Positions 28,465 through 37,622 of a stretch of DNA of 46,610 bases are shown piece by piece. Position 1 is the stretch's first letter. Each line of letters begins with the position of its first letter. Position numbers and translations under genes: made by a program. The notes beneath the pieces were generated by a model. The model had not been told where the DNA came from. It did no database searches and worked only from the letters and a program-made list of their open reading frames with translations. This DNA is from Chthonomonadaceae bacterium (GTDB lineage Bacteria > Armatimonadota > Chthonomonadetes > Chthonomonadales > Chthonomonadaceae): NCBI GenBank assembly GCA_035650735.1, contig DASRGZ010000139.1, forward strand, positions 1-46,610, given 5' to 3'.

Positions 28465-29232
28465 GTGAAACAAGAAGTGAACGCATTGACAATGGCCGCG
28501 CCTGCTCGCGCGGGGCATCTGCGGAGCCGCGCACGGTGGGCGCTGATCGTGATGGCGCTTTTGCTGGCCTGTATATTGGCGCTGCTCTGGTATGTGGGCG
28601 TCTTCGGCGGGAACGTGCGGGTAGTCGTACCGGGCAAGGTCTACCGCAGCGCGCAGTTGACCGGGAATACCCTGGATTCCGTGCTGAAATTATACGACGT
28701 CCACACGGTCATCAATCTGCGCGGCGGTTCCTCCGAGGATAGCTGGTATCGCTCGGAACGGGCCGAATGCGCGCGCCTGGGCGTGGCGCATCTGGATATT
28801 ACCTTCAGCGCGGTGCGGCTGCCGCCCCCACAGCAGCTGCAAAAACTGCTGGCCGCGTTCGACAAGGCGACCTATCCCGTGCTGATTCACTGCCAGGGCG
28901 GGGCGGATCGTTCTGGAATGACCGGCGCAATCTATCTGAACCTCTACCAGAAGGTGCCTTTGGCCGAGGCGGTTGCCCGGCAATTGACGTGGCGCTACGG
29001 CCATATCTCCTGGGGAGAGGCGCACGCGATGGACGATTTCTTTGCGCTCTACGGCAGGACCAGCGGCGGGCTCGACCTGCGCGAATGGATAGAGAGGCGC
29101 TATCCCGCCATCTATGCCAGTCTGCCGCCGGAGCAAAAGATGGCGATACCGGCTGAAGCCCCTGCCGCACCGGCTTCCCAACGACATGCCGTGCCGGTGA
29201 CCCGGGGCCGCGCCCTGCTACAAGGAGGCTGA
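28465..29232 (+). CDS. Membrane-anchored dual-specificity/tyrosine phosphatase family protein
   Basis: CX5R motif HCQGGADRSG, YRSAQ, VINLRG; N-terminal TM helix; start may be 28492. Confidence 0.9.
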   Translation: MKQEVNALTMAAPARAGHLRSRARWALIVMALLLACILALLWYVGVFGGNVRVVVPGKVYRSAQLTGNTLDSVLKLYDVHTVINLRGGSSEDSWYRSERAECARLGVAHLDITFSAVRLPPPQQLQKLLAAFDKATYPVLIHCQGGADRSGMTGAIYLNLYQKVPLAEAVARQLTWRYGHISWGEAHAMDDFFALYGRTSGGLDLREWIERRYPAIYASLPPEQKMAIPAEAPAAPASQRHAVPVTRGRALLQGG

Positions 29233-29234
29233 AC

Positions 29235-31874
29235 ATGGAATGCAGGACAGGTAGGCGGAGAAGAATCGCGCTTTGGGTGATCGCAACTGGCATCGCCGCC
29301 CTCGGAGGAGTAGCCGCCGGGGGGCGGATGCGCCAGACCGGGGAGGAGGCCGCCCCGCTGTCAACCGGCAGAGCCATCACACCGCAGGGCCAGCAGACGC
29401 CGGTAGGCAGTTTTCCCGCCAACCTGGCCCTCAGCCCCGACGGCAAATGGCTTGTCGTCACCAATACCGGCTTTCGGCAGTTCCTCTCGGTCCTGAGCAC
29501 TGAGGACGGCCATCTCGTCTCCCAGGTTCCCTTCAACAGCCCGCGCCCGGACGACAAGGAAAGCCAGACGGCGCTCTATGTTGGGCTGGCGTTCGGCCCG
29601 GCGGCGGACGGTGGACAGACCCTCTATGTCTCGCGCGGCCCGGAGGATCGCGTCTCCATTTATAAGCTCGACGCGGAAGGTAAGCTGACGGATACGGGCC
29701 GCGCGCTCGACGATCCGACCGGACGGCCCAAAGAGTCGGGACCGAACTTTGTCGCGGGCATTGCCCTCAGCTCGGATGGCGCGCGGCTCTACGCGGTCAA
29801 TAACGAGACGAGCCTGGCGACCCATCTGAAGGGTGCGGTGAGCGTGCTGGACACGGCAGGCAACCGTGTGCTGGGCAAGGTGGAGACGCCCGGTTTCCCC
29901 TACGCCATCGCCGCTCTCACCCAGGGCGCGCAGGCCGATAAGAAAGTCTACGTCACCAGTGAGCGCGACGGCGTGGTCTCCGTCCTGGATGTGACCGATC
30001 CGGCCTCCCCAAAACTCGTCCATAATATCTCCACCGGCGACCATCCGATGGCCCTGCGGCTGGATAAGGCGCAGGCGCGGCTGTTCGTGGCCAACGCGGG
30101 CAGCGATACCGTCTCCGTGATTGACACCGCCTCTGATAAGGTCCTTGGCACGATCCTGCTGCGGCCCGAGGGCGCGCGCGGCCTGCCCGGCGCGACGCCG
30201 ACCGGCCTGGCCCTCAGCACCGATGAGTCGCATCTCTATGTGAGCCTGGCCGACATGAACGCGGTTGCGGCGGTGCGCCTGAATGAGAATGGCGGCAGCG
30301 TGGAGGGCTACCTGCCGGCAGGCTGGTATCCGACGGCGGTGGCCGTCAGCGCGGACGGCGCGCGCCTGTTTGTCGCCAATGCCAAAGGCGCGCAGCCGCG
30401 CAATCCCAACAGCAGTCCCGCCGGGCCGAATGGGGCCTGGGGGCAGTATATCCAGAACATCCTGGAGGGCACCGTCTCCACCCTGACTCTTCCCGCCGCC
30501 GAGGAGCTAAATCGGCTGACCGCGCAGACGGTTGCCAACGCCCGCATTCAGCCGAGCGCGGCCCGCGCCAATCAGAATGTGTCGCTGCCAGCCGGGATCA
30601 AGCACGTTATCTACATCATCAAGGAGAACCGCACCTACGATCAGGTGCTGGGCGACATGCCGCAGGGCAACGGCGATCCGGGGCAGGTTCTGTTCGGGCG
30701 GGACGTGACGCCCAACCTGCACGCGCTGGCCGAGCGGTTCGTGCTGCTGGATAACTTCTACTGCTGCGCGGAGGTCTCGGCGGACGGCTGGGGCTGGTCT
30801 ACCTCCGGCATGATCTCAGAGTACACAGCCCGCAACGCGCCCTTTAACTACAGCGGGCGCGGGCGCGACTACGATTTTGAGGGCGAGAACAACGGCGTGC
30901 CGGTCGATCTGCTCGGCGTGCCCGACGTGGCCCGCGCCCCTAGCGGCTATATCTGGGATCAATGCCTCAAGCGCGGCGTCTCCTTCCGCAACTACGGCTT
31001 CTACGTCACCTTCGGCGCCTCCAGACGGCCCGATGGCAGGCCGCTGACCGAGGATAACATGCCGGCCAGGAAGGCGCTGGTCGGGCGCACGGATGAAAGC
31101 TTCCGCCAGTTCGATATGGCCTATGCCGACAGCAACGCCTGGCTGCGCTACACGGCCCCCGCGCCCAAACAGAAAAAAGCCTACGGCAAGTTCAGCGCGC
31201 CGAGCCGGTTCGCGGAGTGGAAGCGTGAGTTCGATGACTATGTGCGCAAGGGCAACCTGCCGGCGTTTCTGATGGTGCGCCTCCCACGCGACCATACGCA
31301 GGGCACGGCGCCCGGCCTCTCCTCGCCGCGCGCGATGGTCGCCGACAATGACTATGCCGTCGGGCAGCTGGTGGAGGCGGTCAGCAAAAGTCGCTATTGG
31401 AGAGAGACGGCCATCTTCGTCATCGAGGACGATGCCCAGAGCGGCCACGACCACGTAGACGCGCACCGCTCCATCTGCTTCGTCATCAGCCCCTACATCA
31501 AGCGCGCCACTGTGGACCATCGCTTCTACAACACGGATAGCGTGCTGCACACGATGGAGGCGCTGCTGGGCCTGCCGCCGCTGTGCCAGTATGACGCCGC
31601 CGCGCCGATCCTGGACGTCTTCGGCCCCGCGCCGGATAACGCCGAGCCCTACGCGGCTATTCTCCCGGCACGGGACATTATCGCCGAGGTCAGCCAGCAG
31701 ACGGCCTATCGCGCCCGCGACAGCCAGAAGCTCGACTTCTCCCGCGAGGACCGCGTTCCCGATGCCGTGCTCAACGATATTCTCTGGCACGCCATCAAGG
31801 GTGCGCGCACGCCGGAGCCGCCCATCCGGCACGGCCTGCGCCTCACAGCCCGCCACAACCGTGACGACGACTGA
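29235..31874 (+). CDS. Second secreted YVTN beta-propeller + phosphoesterase protein
   Basis: KENRTYDQVLGD, LDNFY, EDDAQSGHDHVDAHRS; propeller repeats. Confidence 0.9.
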   Translation: MECRTGRRRRIALWVIATGIAALGGVAAGGRMRQTGEEAAPLSTGRAITPQGQQTPVGSFPANLALSPDGKWLVVTNTGFRQFLSVLSTEDGHLVSQVPFNSPRPDDKESQTALYVGLAFGPAADGGQTLYVSRGPEDRVSIYKLDAEGKLTDTGRALDDPTGRPKESGPNFVAGIALSSDGARLYAVNNETSLATHLKGAVSVLDTAGNRVLGKVETPGFPYAIAALTQGAQADKKVYVTSERDGVVSVLDVTDPASPKLVHNISTGDHPMALRLDKAQARLFVANAGSDTVSVIDTASDKVLGTILLRPEGARGLPGATPTGLALSTDESHLYVSLADMNAVAAVRLNENGGSVEGYLPAGWYPTAVAVSADGARLFVANAKGAQPRNPNSSPAGPNGAWGQYIQNILEGTVSTLTLPAAEELNRLTAQTVANARIQPSAARANQNVSLPAGIKHVIYIIKENRTYDQVLGDMPQGNGDPGQVLFGRDVTPNLHALAERFVLLDNFYCCAEVSADGWGWSTSGMISEYTARNAPFNYSGRGRDYDFEGENNGVPVDLLGVPDVARAPSGYIWDQCLKRGVSFRNYGFYVTFGASRRPDGRPLTEDNMPARKALVGRTDESFRQFDMAYADSNAWLRYTAPAPKQKKAYGKFSAPSRFAEWKREFDDYVRKGNLPAFLMVRLPRDHTQGTAPGLSSPRAMVADNDYAVGQLVEAVSKSRYWRETAIFVIEDDAQSGHDHVDAHRSICFVISPYIKRATVDHRFYNTDSVLHTMEALLGLPPLCQYDAAAPILDVFGPAPDNAEPYAAILPARDIIAEVSQQTAYRARDSQKLDFSREDRVPDAVLNDILWHAIKGARTPEPPIRHGLRLTARHNRDDD

Positions 31875-31963
31875 GCCGTTTGTCTTTCCTGTTCTCCTGA
31901 CCCCTCAGCTCCTTCCCTGGGAGGGGGCCGAGGAAAAGCCAAAACCCAAACTGGAGAAACCCG

Positions 31964-32923
31964 ATGAAACGAATGAATCTACTGTTGGGACTGGGGTTTG
32001 GGCTGCTGGCATGGGCCAGCATCGCCCTCGGCCACGCCGCGCCTGTCGGGCAGGGAGCCCAGGGTCCGCTGCTGTTGCGGCTGCACATGCATGTCAACGA
32101 TGTCCATAACATGCGGATGACCGCCAACCAGCAAATTACTCAGACCATCAATGGGCAAGAGATCAAGCTGAACCAGACGATAGGTATGGGGTTTCGCTTT
32201 AACGTGCTCAACGTCACCCCGGACGGTGCAGCCTCTATGAAGATCACCTATCGCTCCGTCCGGTTCCGAATGGAGGGGCCGCAAGGGGTAATGGAGTACG
32301 ATTCAGAGCATCCACCCGCCACCCTCCCTCCCGGAATGCAGGGCTTTGCGGCTATGGTGGGGCAGAGTTTTACGATGCTCATCACCCCCGAAGGGCGCGT
32401 GCTGGAGGTTAAGGGCATGGACGCCCTGGTGCAGCGCGTTCTTGACAAGTCCGGCGTGCCGGAAGGCCCGGCGCGCGCGTCTATGGAGAAGATGCTAAAG
32501 CAGACGTTCGGGGAAGAGGGCTTTAAGGAGATGATGGGGCAGATGGTGGGCATCTATCCGAGCCAGCCGGTAAATATCGGGGATACCTGGATGCAGCACG
32601 TCGCTCTCACGCGCGGCTTCCCCCTGGTCATGGATACCCAATATAAGCTGACGGGACGCAGCCAGGGCCTGGCGCAGGTCGCCGTGCAATCTGCCATCAA
32701 ATCAAATCCGCAGGCGGAGCCGCTCGAATTTGGTCCGGTCAAGGTCAAGCTCGATCTGTCGGGGGAGCAGAACGGCACGATGGAGATCGCAGAGGCGACA
32801 GGCTGGATGCGCCGGGGTACGCTGCACCAGAAGCTCTCCGGCACGATGAACGGCGCACAGGAAGGGACGACAATCTCCGGGCAGATGGCTCTGGAGGGCA
32901 CGACCACCATTACCTCGGATTGA
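31964..32923 (+). CDS. Secreted beta-rich protein (DUF6263-like)
   Basis: Signal peptide; YDSE, VGQSFTMLITPEGRVLEVKG, YPSQPVNIGDTW, EATGW. Confidence 0.7.
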   Translation: MKRMNLLLGLGFGLLAWASIALGHAAPVGQGAQGPLLLRLHMHVNDVHNMRMTANQQITQTINGQEIKLNQTIGMGFRFNVLNVTPDGAASMKITYRSVRFRMEGPQGVMEYDSEHPPATLPPGMQGFAAMVGQSFTMLITPEGRVLEVKGMDALVQRVLDKSGVPEGPARASMEKMLKQTFGEEGFKEMMGQMVGIYPSQPVNIGDTWMQHVALTRGFPLVMDTQYKLTGRSQGLAQVAVQSAIKSNPQAEPLEFGPVKVKLDLSGEQNGTMEIAEATGWMRRGTLHQKLSGTMNGAQEGTTISGQMALEGTTTITSD

Positions 32924-33082
32924 ACCTGGCCCCCACCCCTTCCCACTGCAAGGGGCGGCAGGGTTACGGCTCCTGCCTCCGCCTTGCGACCCCCAAGAAC
33001 AGGGGAGGGGAGAGCAGAAGCCGGGTCCCTCCCTTCCCTAGCGAGGTACGAGCGAGTAGGGAAGGGGGCTGGGGGGTTAGGT
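32924..33082. repeat. Composite palindromic element
   Basis: Contains GAGCAGAAGCCGGGTCCC and CCCTTCCCT..AGGGAAGGGGG, ends GGGGGGTTAGGT. Confidence 0.75.
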
Positions 33083-33106
33083 GAACCAGGAGAAGGAGGC
33101 AGGGTC

Positions 33107-34132
33107 ATGAAAACCGCCCGGTTACGTTCTCTCATCCGCAAGTACGGCGATGTGGGCGTTGTCCTGGTCGCCTGCTACCTTCTGCTGTATGCCCTCTGGC
33201 AGCGCCGTCGTGCGCTATTGGCTGCCGGGGCGGCGCTGGGGACGCTCGCGCTGATGCTCATCGCGCGATATCCCCGTTCCGTGCCGTTCTCTTCCCCTGA
33301 ACATCTCGTTACGGCGACAGAGTACACCGTCATCGATCTAGGCACGCCGCCCAACTGCGTCTACAGTGTTCCCCTGCATATTAATGCCGCCGGACAGGTC
33401 GTGGGCTTTGCCCCGACGCGCAAGGACGACCGACGCGCCTTCCTCTGGCAAGAGGGCAAGATGCGGGATCTAGGCACGCTGGGAGGCAGCCACAGTCTGG
33501 GGACAGGGATCAATAGCAGGGGAGAGGTGGTCGGCACGGCCCTGACGCGCAACGACGACCTCTATGCTTTCGCATTCCAGGATGGCAAAATGAAGCCGCT
33601 GGGCGCGCCGCCTGGAACGGATGACAGCGCCGCGACGAGCGTCAACGATAACGGCCAGGTAGCCGGCGTTGCCGGGCATGGGTGAGCGGATTTTAATGCC
33701 TTCCTGTACTGGAACGGCAAATGGCAGCCCATTCCGACGCTCGGCGGGCAGAACAATATCGCCTCTGCCATCAATAAGGACGGTCAGGTGGTCGGCACTT
33801 CTGAGGTGAATTCTGAGTCTCCGGAGTCCATCCACGCTTTCCTGTGGCAAAATGGCAAAGTAACCGACCTGGGCACGCTGGGCGGCCCCGCCAGTTTCGC
33901 CGCCGCCATCAACGCGGCCGGGCAGGTCGTCGGCGGGGCAAACACGCGAAACCGGGATATCCACGCCTTCCTCTGGGAGCAGGGCAGGATGATCGATCTG
34001 AACACGCGGTTGCCATCCGGCTCGGAGTGGCGGCTGATCCAGGCAACGGGCATCAATGCGCGGGGGCAGATCGTGGGCGTAGGAAGCTACCGCGGACATC
34101 TTCACGGTTTCTTACTCACGCCTCGCCGCTGA
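33107..34132 (+). pseudogene. Extracellular HAF-repeat beta-propeller protein interrupted by an in-frame TGA at 33683-33685
   Basis: Repeats DLGTLGG..A.IN..GQVVG...HAFLW continue in the same frame on both sides of the stop. Confidence 0.8.
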
Positions 34133-34147
34133 AAGCCTTCATTACTG

Positions 34148-34429
34148 ACCTAACCCCCCGGCCCCCTTCCCTACGAGGGAAGGGGGTGACCCGGCTTCTG
34201 CTCTTCCCTAGAAAGGAGAGGAGATAGTAAGGTAAGGGCCGCAACCATCCCAGGTTGGGTCCCTCCCTTCCCTTGTAGGGTCGCTAGCTGTCGCAAGGCG
34301 GAGGGCTGTGGCAAGGCGGAGGCAGGGTTACGGCCCCTGCCTCCGCCTTGCAGTCCATTGCAGGCCCGACCCTGGCAGTGGCGCGAACCGTTGTAGCGCC
34401 GACCCTGGCAGTGGGGGCCGGGGTGAGAT
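34148..34429. repeat. Composite palindromic element
   Basis: ACCTAACCCCCCGGCCCCCTTCCCT start identical to 4326; GTCGCAAGGCGGAGGG and CCGACCCTGGCAGTGG modules. Confidence 0.85.
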
Positions 34430-34458
34430 CTCTCCCCTGCTGTTGGGAAGCGCCAAAC

Positions 34459-34508
34459 TAAAGAAAAGCCCCGCAGTGGCCACAGACCACATTCGCGAGG
34501 CTTTTCTC
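34459..34508. terminator. Bidirectional intrinsic terminator
   Basis: GAAAAGCC-CCGC...GCGA-GGCTTTTC with T-rich tails on both strands. Confidence 0.65.
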
Positions 34509-34639
34509 AACTCACTGGATAGGAAATCCTATCCGTCAATTAGGTGCACGTCTCGCACCCTCGAGTGTTCATTCCGGCCACCGTCCTTTCCAGAACAAGG
34601 TGCCTGAACATCGTCAGGTTTTCGTGCACGTGCGTCAGA

Positions 34640-34667
34640 TAGACGAAACACCCAAAGTATAGGTTCC
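34640..34667 (-). promoter_or_regulatory. ECF-sigma-type promoter
   Basis: GGAACC-16 nt-CGTCTA on the minus strand, A-tract-rich upstream. Confidence 0.55.
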
Positions 34668-34707
34668 ACAAATTTTTCGCAAATTTTCTTTTTCATTGGC
34701 AGGCTGC

Positions 34708-35484
34708 TTACATGTCATCCCACGCTTGTCGCAGCGCATCCCGACTGTACTGGAGATAGGTTCGGTCCGGGCTGAATACCTCCAGCGTGATCGTCGCGTC
34801 GTACCCGGAAGCCTTCAATGCCTGGATATGCTTGCGCCACTCCATCGTGCCGGCTCCCAGCGGCAGATGCAGGTCGGCGCTGCCTCCCTTGTTGTCGTGC
34901 AGGTGCACATGCTTGATGCGCTGGCTATAGGCCGCGATGATAGAATCTGCCGTATTCTGCGGGGTCAGGAGGTTAGCGTGCCCGATGTCCAGATGCAGCC
35001 CGAGCTCCGGCAGCGGGTCTAACAATTCCGCCAACTGCCCTACGGTGTTGAAGTCGCCCGGCAGGTTCTCGATCATGAGGCCGACGCCGAGCTTGCGAGC
35101 GGTCTCCCCCAGCTCCTGCAAGCTTTGCAGGTCCCGCTCGATGAAAAAGGCGCGGGTGTGCATCGGCGCATATCTGTCGGGATGGATATTCATCCATTTG
35201 GCGCCGACCTCGGCAAACACCTCCAGGCAGCGACGCAGCTCTGCCACCGTAGCGCGTCGCAGCGACTCAAAGGGACTGCCCAGCGGCAGGTAGTAGGCCG
35301 TGTGGCCCACAACCCCCAGGCCCAGGTCTTTGAGCGCCTGGCGGATCCGGGATGGATCGATGTTCCAGGCCGCCGCTGCTGGCGGCTCCAGCGTCAGGTC
35401 AATAAAGTCCAGCCGCATCTCCGCCATCCAGCGGATCTCTTGGAGAATATCTTCCTGTGGGTGATTCATCGCCCCGATTAGCAT
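34708..35484 (-). CDS. Sugar-phosphate isomerase/epimerase (xylose isomerase-like TIM barrel)
   Basis: IENLP, LDIGHA, HVHLHDN, DLHLPLGAG, ITLEVF. Confidence 0.9.
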   Translation of the reverse strand: MLIGAMNHPQEDILQEIRWMAEMRLDFIDLTLEPPAAAAWNIDPSRIRQALKDLGLGVVGHTAYYLPLGSPFESLRRATVAELRRCLEVFAEVGAKWMNIHPDRYAPMHTRAFFIERDLQSLQELGETARKLGVGLMIENLPGDFNTVGQLAELLDPLPELGLHLDIGHANLLTPQNTADSIIAAYSQRIKHVHLHDNKGGSADLHLPLGAGTMEWRKHIQALKASGYDATITLEVFSPDRTYLQYSRDALRQAWDDM

Positions 35485-36245
35485 CGCTCCTTCCTCCCCA
35501 GGGACGGCCCGAACCAATCGCGGGTATCCAGCAGATGGTTGCGGGCGCCATCCGGCGCGTTGCTGGCAGCGGGCGGCGTCGGGCAGAGCCCCACGCTTTC
35601 CCAGACCCAGTCCGGCACCGTCTGCGCCTGCCCAGGACATAGCCAGCGGAATACGTTCAGCAGCCCGCCCAGCAGGAGGGCATCCTCTCCCAGTTGCCGC
35701 AGCACGCGCGCCCAATCTAACTTCGGCGCCTGCGCGTAGAGAATATTGAGCAGGTCCGGCCAATCGGTCCTATCGTGCTGGAGCACGTACAGCTTCGCCC
35801 AGATCAGCGCCTCTGGCGGCAGCAGGCGCAGCACTATGCCGTTCAGGGTGACCTCCTGCCCGCACGTCAACCAGGTCTCGTCTACCACCATGCGATGGCT
35901 GGGCATCGTCCAGATAATGTCTATGATGACGCCGTCCCGGAAGCCCCGATAGATCCACGTTCGGTCGTAAGCCTCCTGGGCATAGTAATCGGTGAACCCG
36001 GCTTCCTCCAGCGCCAGCCGGGCCCTCTCTCGATCCTCGGGCAGAACGAACAGGTCGGTATCTTTGGTGTTGCGCCACCGGCCCGAGTAAGCCGAGAAGG
36101 CCAATCCGCCGCCCAGGGCAAAGCGCAGGCCATGCGCGCGCACGCTCTCCAGGGCCGCGCGGTTGGGAGGCCATTCCGCATCCGGTATGATCCCGGATAA
36201 ATCTAACGGGCGGTTTTGCCGCCCGATTGTCGCCACGGTTTGCAC
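35478..36245 (-). CDS. Nucleotidyltransferase family protein
   Basis: FALGGGLAFSAYSG..RNTKDTDLFV (GG..DxD), PPEALIWAK, DWPDL. Confidence 0.85.
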   Translation of the reverse strand: MQTVATIGRQNRPLDLSGIIPDAEWPPNRAALESVRAHGLRFALGGGLAFSAYSGRWRNTKDTDLFVLPEDRERARLALEEAGFTDYYAQEAYDRTWIYRGFRDGVIIDIIWTMPSHRMVVDETWLTCGQEVTLNGIVLRLLPPEALIWAKLYVLQHDRTDWPDLLNILYAQAPKLDWARVLRQLGEDALLLGGLLNVFRWLCPGQAQTVPDWVWESVGLCPTPPAASNAPDGARNHLLDTRDWFGPSLGRKERC

Positions 36246-36453
36246 GGTCGCTCTCCTCTCGCCCTGGGGACTGCGCCCATTAAGGCCGTTCCCATTACGT
36301 ACCAGACGCGATTACCCCGGCTACGGTTCCAGGCTATCCAGAATCCAGGGAAGGCGGCCCTGCGGGGGAGAGGAGGGAAGGCGAAGTCCGCCCAGATTGA
36401 TCGAAGTACTTAGGACCCTCGAACCCTGCGGCGGGAGAGGAGAGCCGGCAACG

Positions 36454-36762
36454 TTAGCCCAGGTTGACCCGCCACAGGCCCACGGTATAGAGCAGCAGAT
36501 AGAGGCCGATGGCAAGCCGCAGCGCTCTTTGCACGAAGCCGGGCCGACGGGAGCGCAGCAGCTCCAGAGCCGTCAGGGGACCCAGAGTCAGGAGAAGCTT
36601 GGCGCCGATGAAAGGCCACAGCCCCGCCTGCAGGTAGATATTGAGGATAGGATTGGCTTCGACGGCGACGCCCGCCTGGACGAGATAGACCGTAAGCAGC
36701 AGATCGATCAGGCAGAGGGCCGCCAGCAGATAACTTTCGGGGGCAATCCGTGGTCGCGGCAT
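36454..36762 (-). CDS. Small membrane protein (DUF5658-like)
   Basis: DLLLT..EANPIL..F..AK motif; three hydrophobic helices. Confidence 0.75.
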   Translation of the reverse strand: MPRPRIAPESYLLAALCLIDLLLTVYLVQAGVAVEANPILNIYLQAGLWPFIGAKLLLTLGPLTALELLRSRRPGFVQRALRLAIGLYLLLYTVGLWRVNLG

Positions 36763-36963
36763 AAAGCTTCCTTCTTGGGTAGTAAACGCCGGGAAGCGGA
36801 GCAGAAGCCGCGCGGCGCTTACCCTACTGATTGGCAAGCGCCGTGCCAGAAGCGGCCGGAAAGCCAGAAACCGGAATGGATGCGGGGAAAATCCGGCAAC
36901 TTCGAGAGGGAAGGACCCCGTCTTATCCTGGAGCGGCGCGGGCGGCAGCGCCGGCAGGGCGGC

Positions 36964-37353
36964 TCAGCCCATGGTGTCCGTTCCCTCCGGCCCCTCGCCG
37001 AGGTCGGTGATCGTTCCCTCGCCGGATTGGGCGTCTCTGCGGTGAATTTCGACCGGAGGGGCTGCCGCGCCCGCCTGGCCGGGCAGGTTGAGGTAATTCT
37101 GGCGCGCGTCCTGCGGATCGAAGCTGCGAATCTCCCAGGCGATAGCATCCAGGCGCAAGGCGACCTGATGGAGCCTGCCTGCCAGATCGGCGTCGGTGGC
37201 TCCGGCGGTGTCGGCCAGAGCCCGAAGCTGCGCCGCTTCCTGACGCAGCACCGTATCGAACTCCTGAAGCTTGCGCTCACGCCGATGGACGTGCGCCTGC
37301 TCCTGGCTGGATAATGGGCTGGTTCTCTCTACGCAAACCTTCTCTTCCGACAT
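36964..37353 (-). CDS. Hypothetical protein (helical N-terminus, GTITDLGEGPEG tail)
   Basis: ATG after AGGAG; GC3-rich codons. Confidence 0.6.
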   Translation of the reverse strand: MSEEKVCVERTSPLSSQEQAHVHRRERKLQEFDTVLRQEAAQLRALADTAGATDADLAGRLHQVALRLDAIAWEIRSFDPQDARQNYLNLPGQAGAAAPPVEIHRRDAQSGEGTITDLGEGPEGTDTMG

Positions 37354-37622
37354 TCTCCTATTTCTCCTCAATTTTCCTTGATCGGGCTTGTGCTCCAGGA
37401 GAGTCGTCCGGGGGCGCTGCCTGCGACGGACGTATGAGACCTGGCCGCAGGCGATCTGCCTGCAGCTAAGAATACGCCGGTGGGGCATTGTAGTTTCTTT
37501 AGCCGCCAGGTAACCGGAAGGGCGAGCATACAATCTAATGGCATGGAAAATAGGTCTTTTGGCTCATGCGCGGTTCTCAAGCTTACCCGTAAAATGGAGC
37601 CGTAACGCCTATCTCAGGAAGG

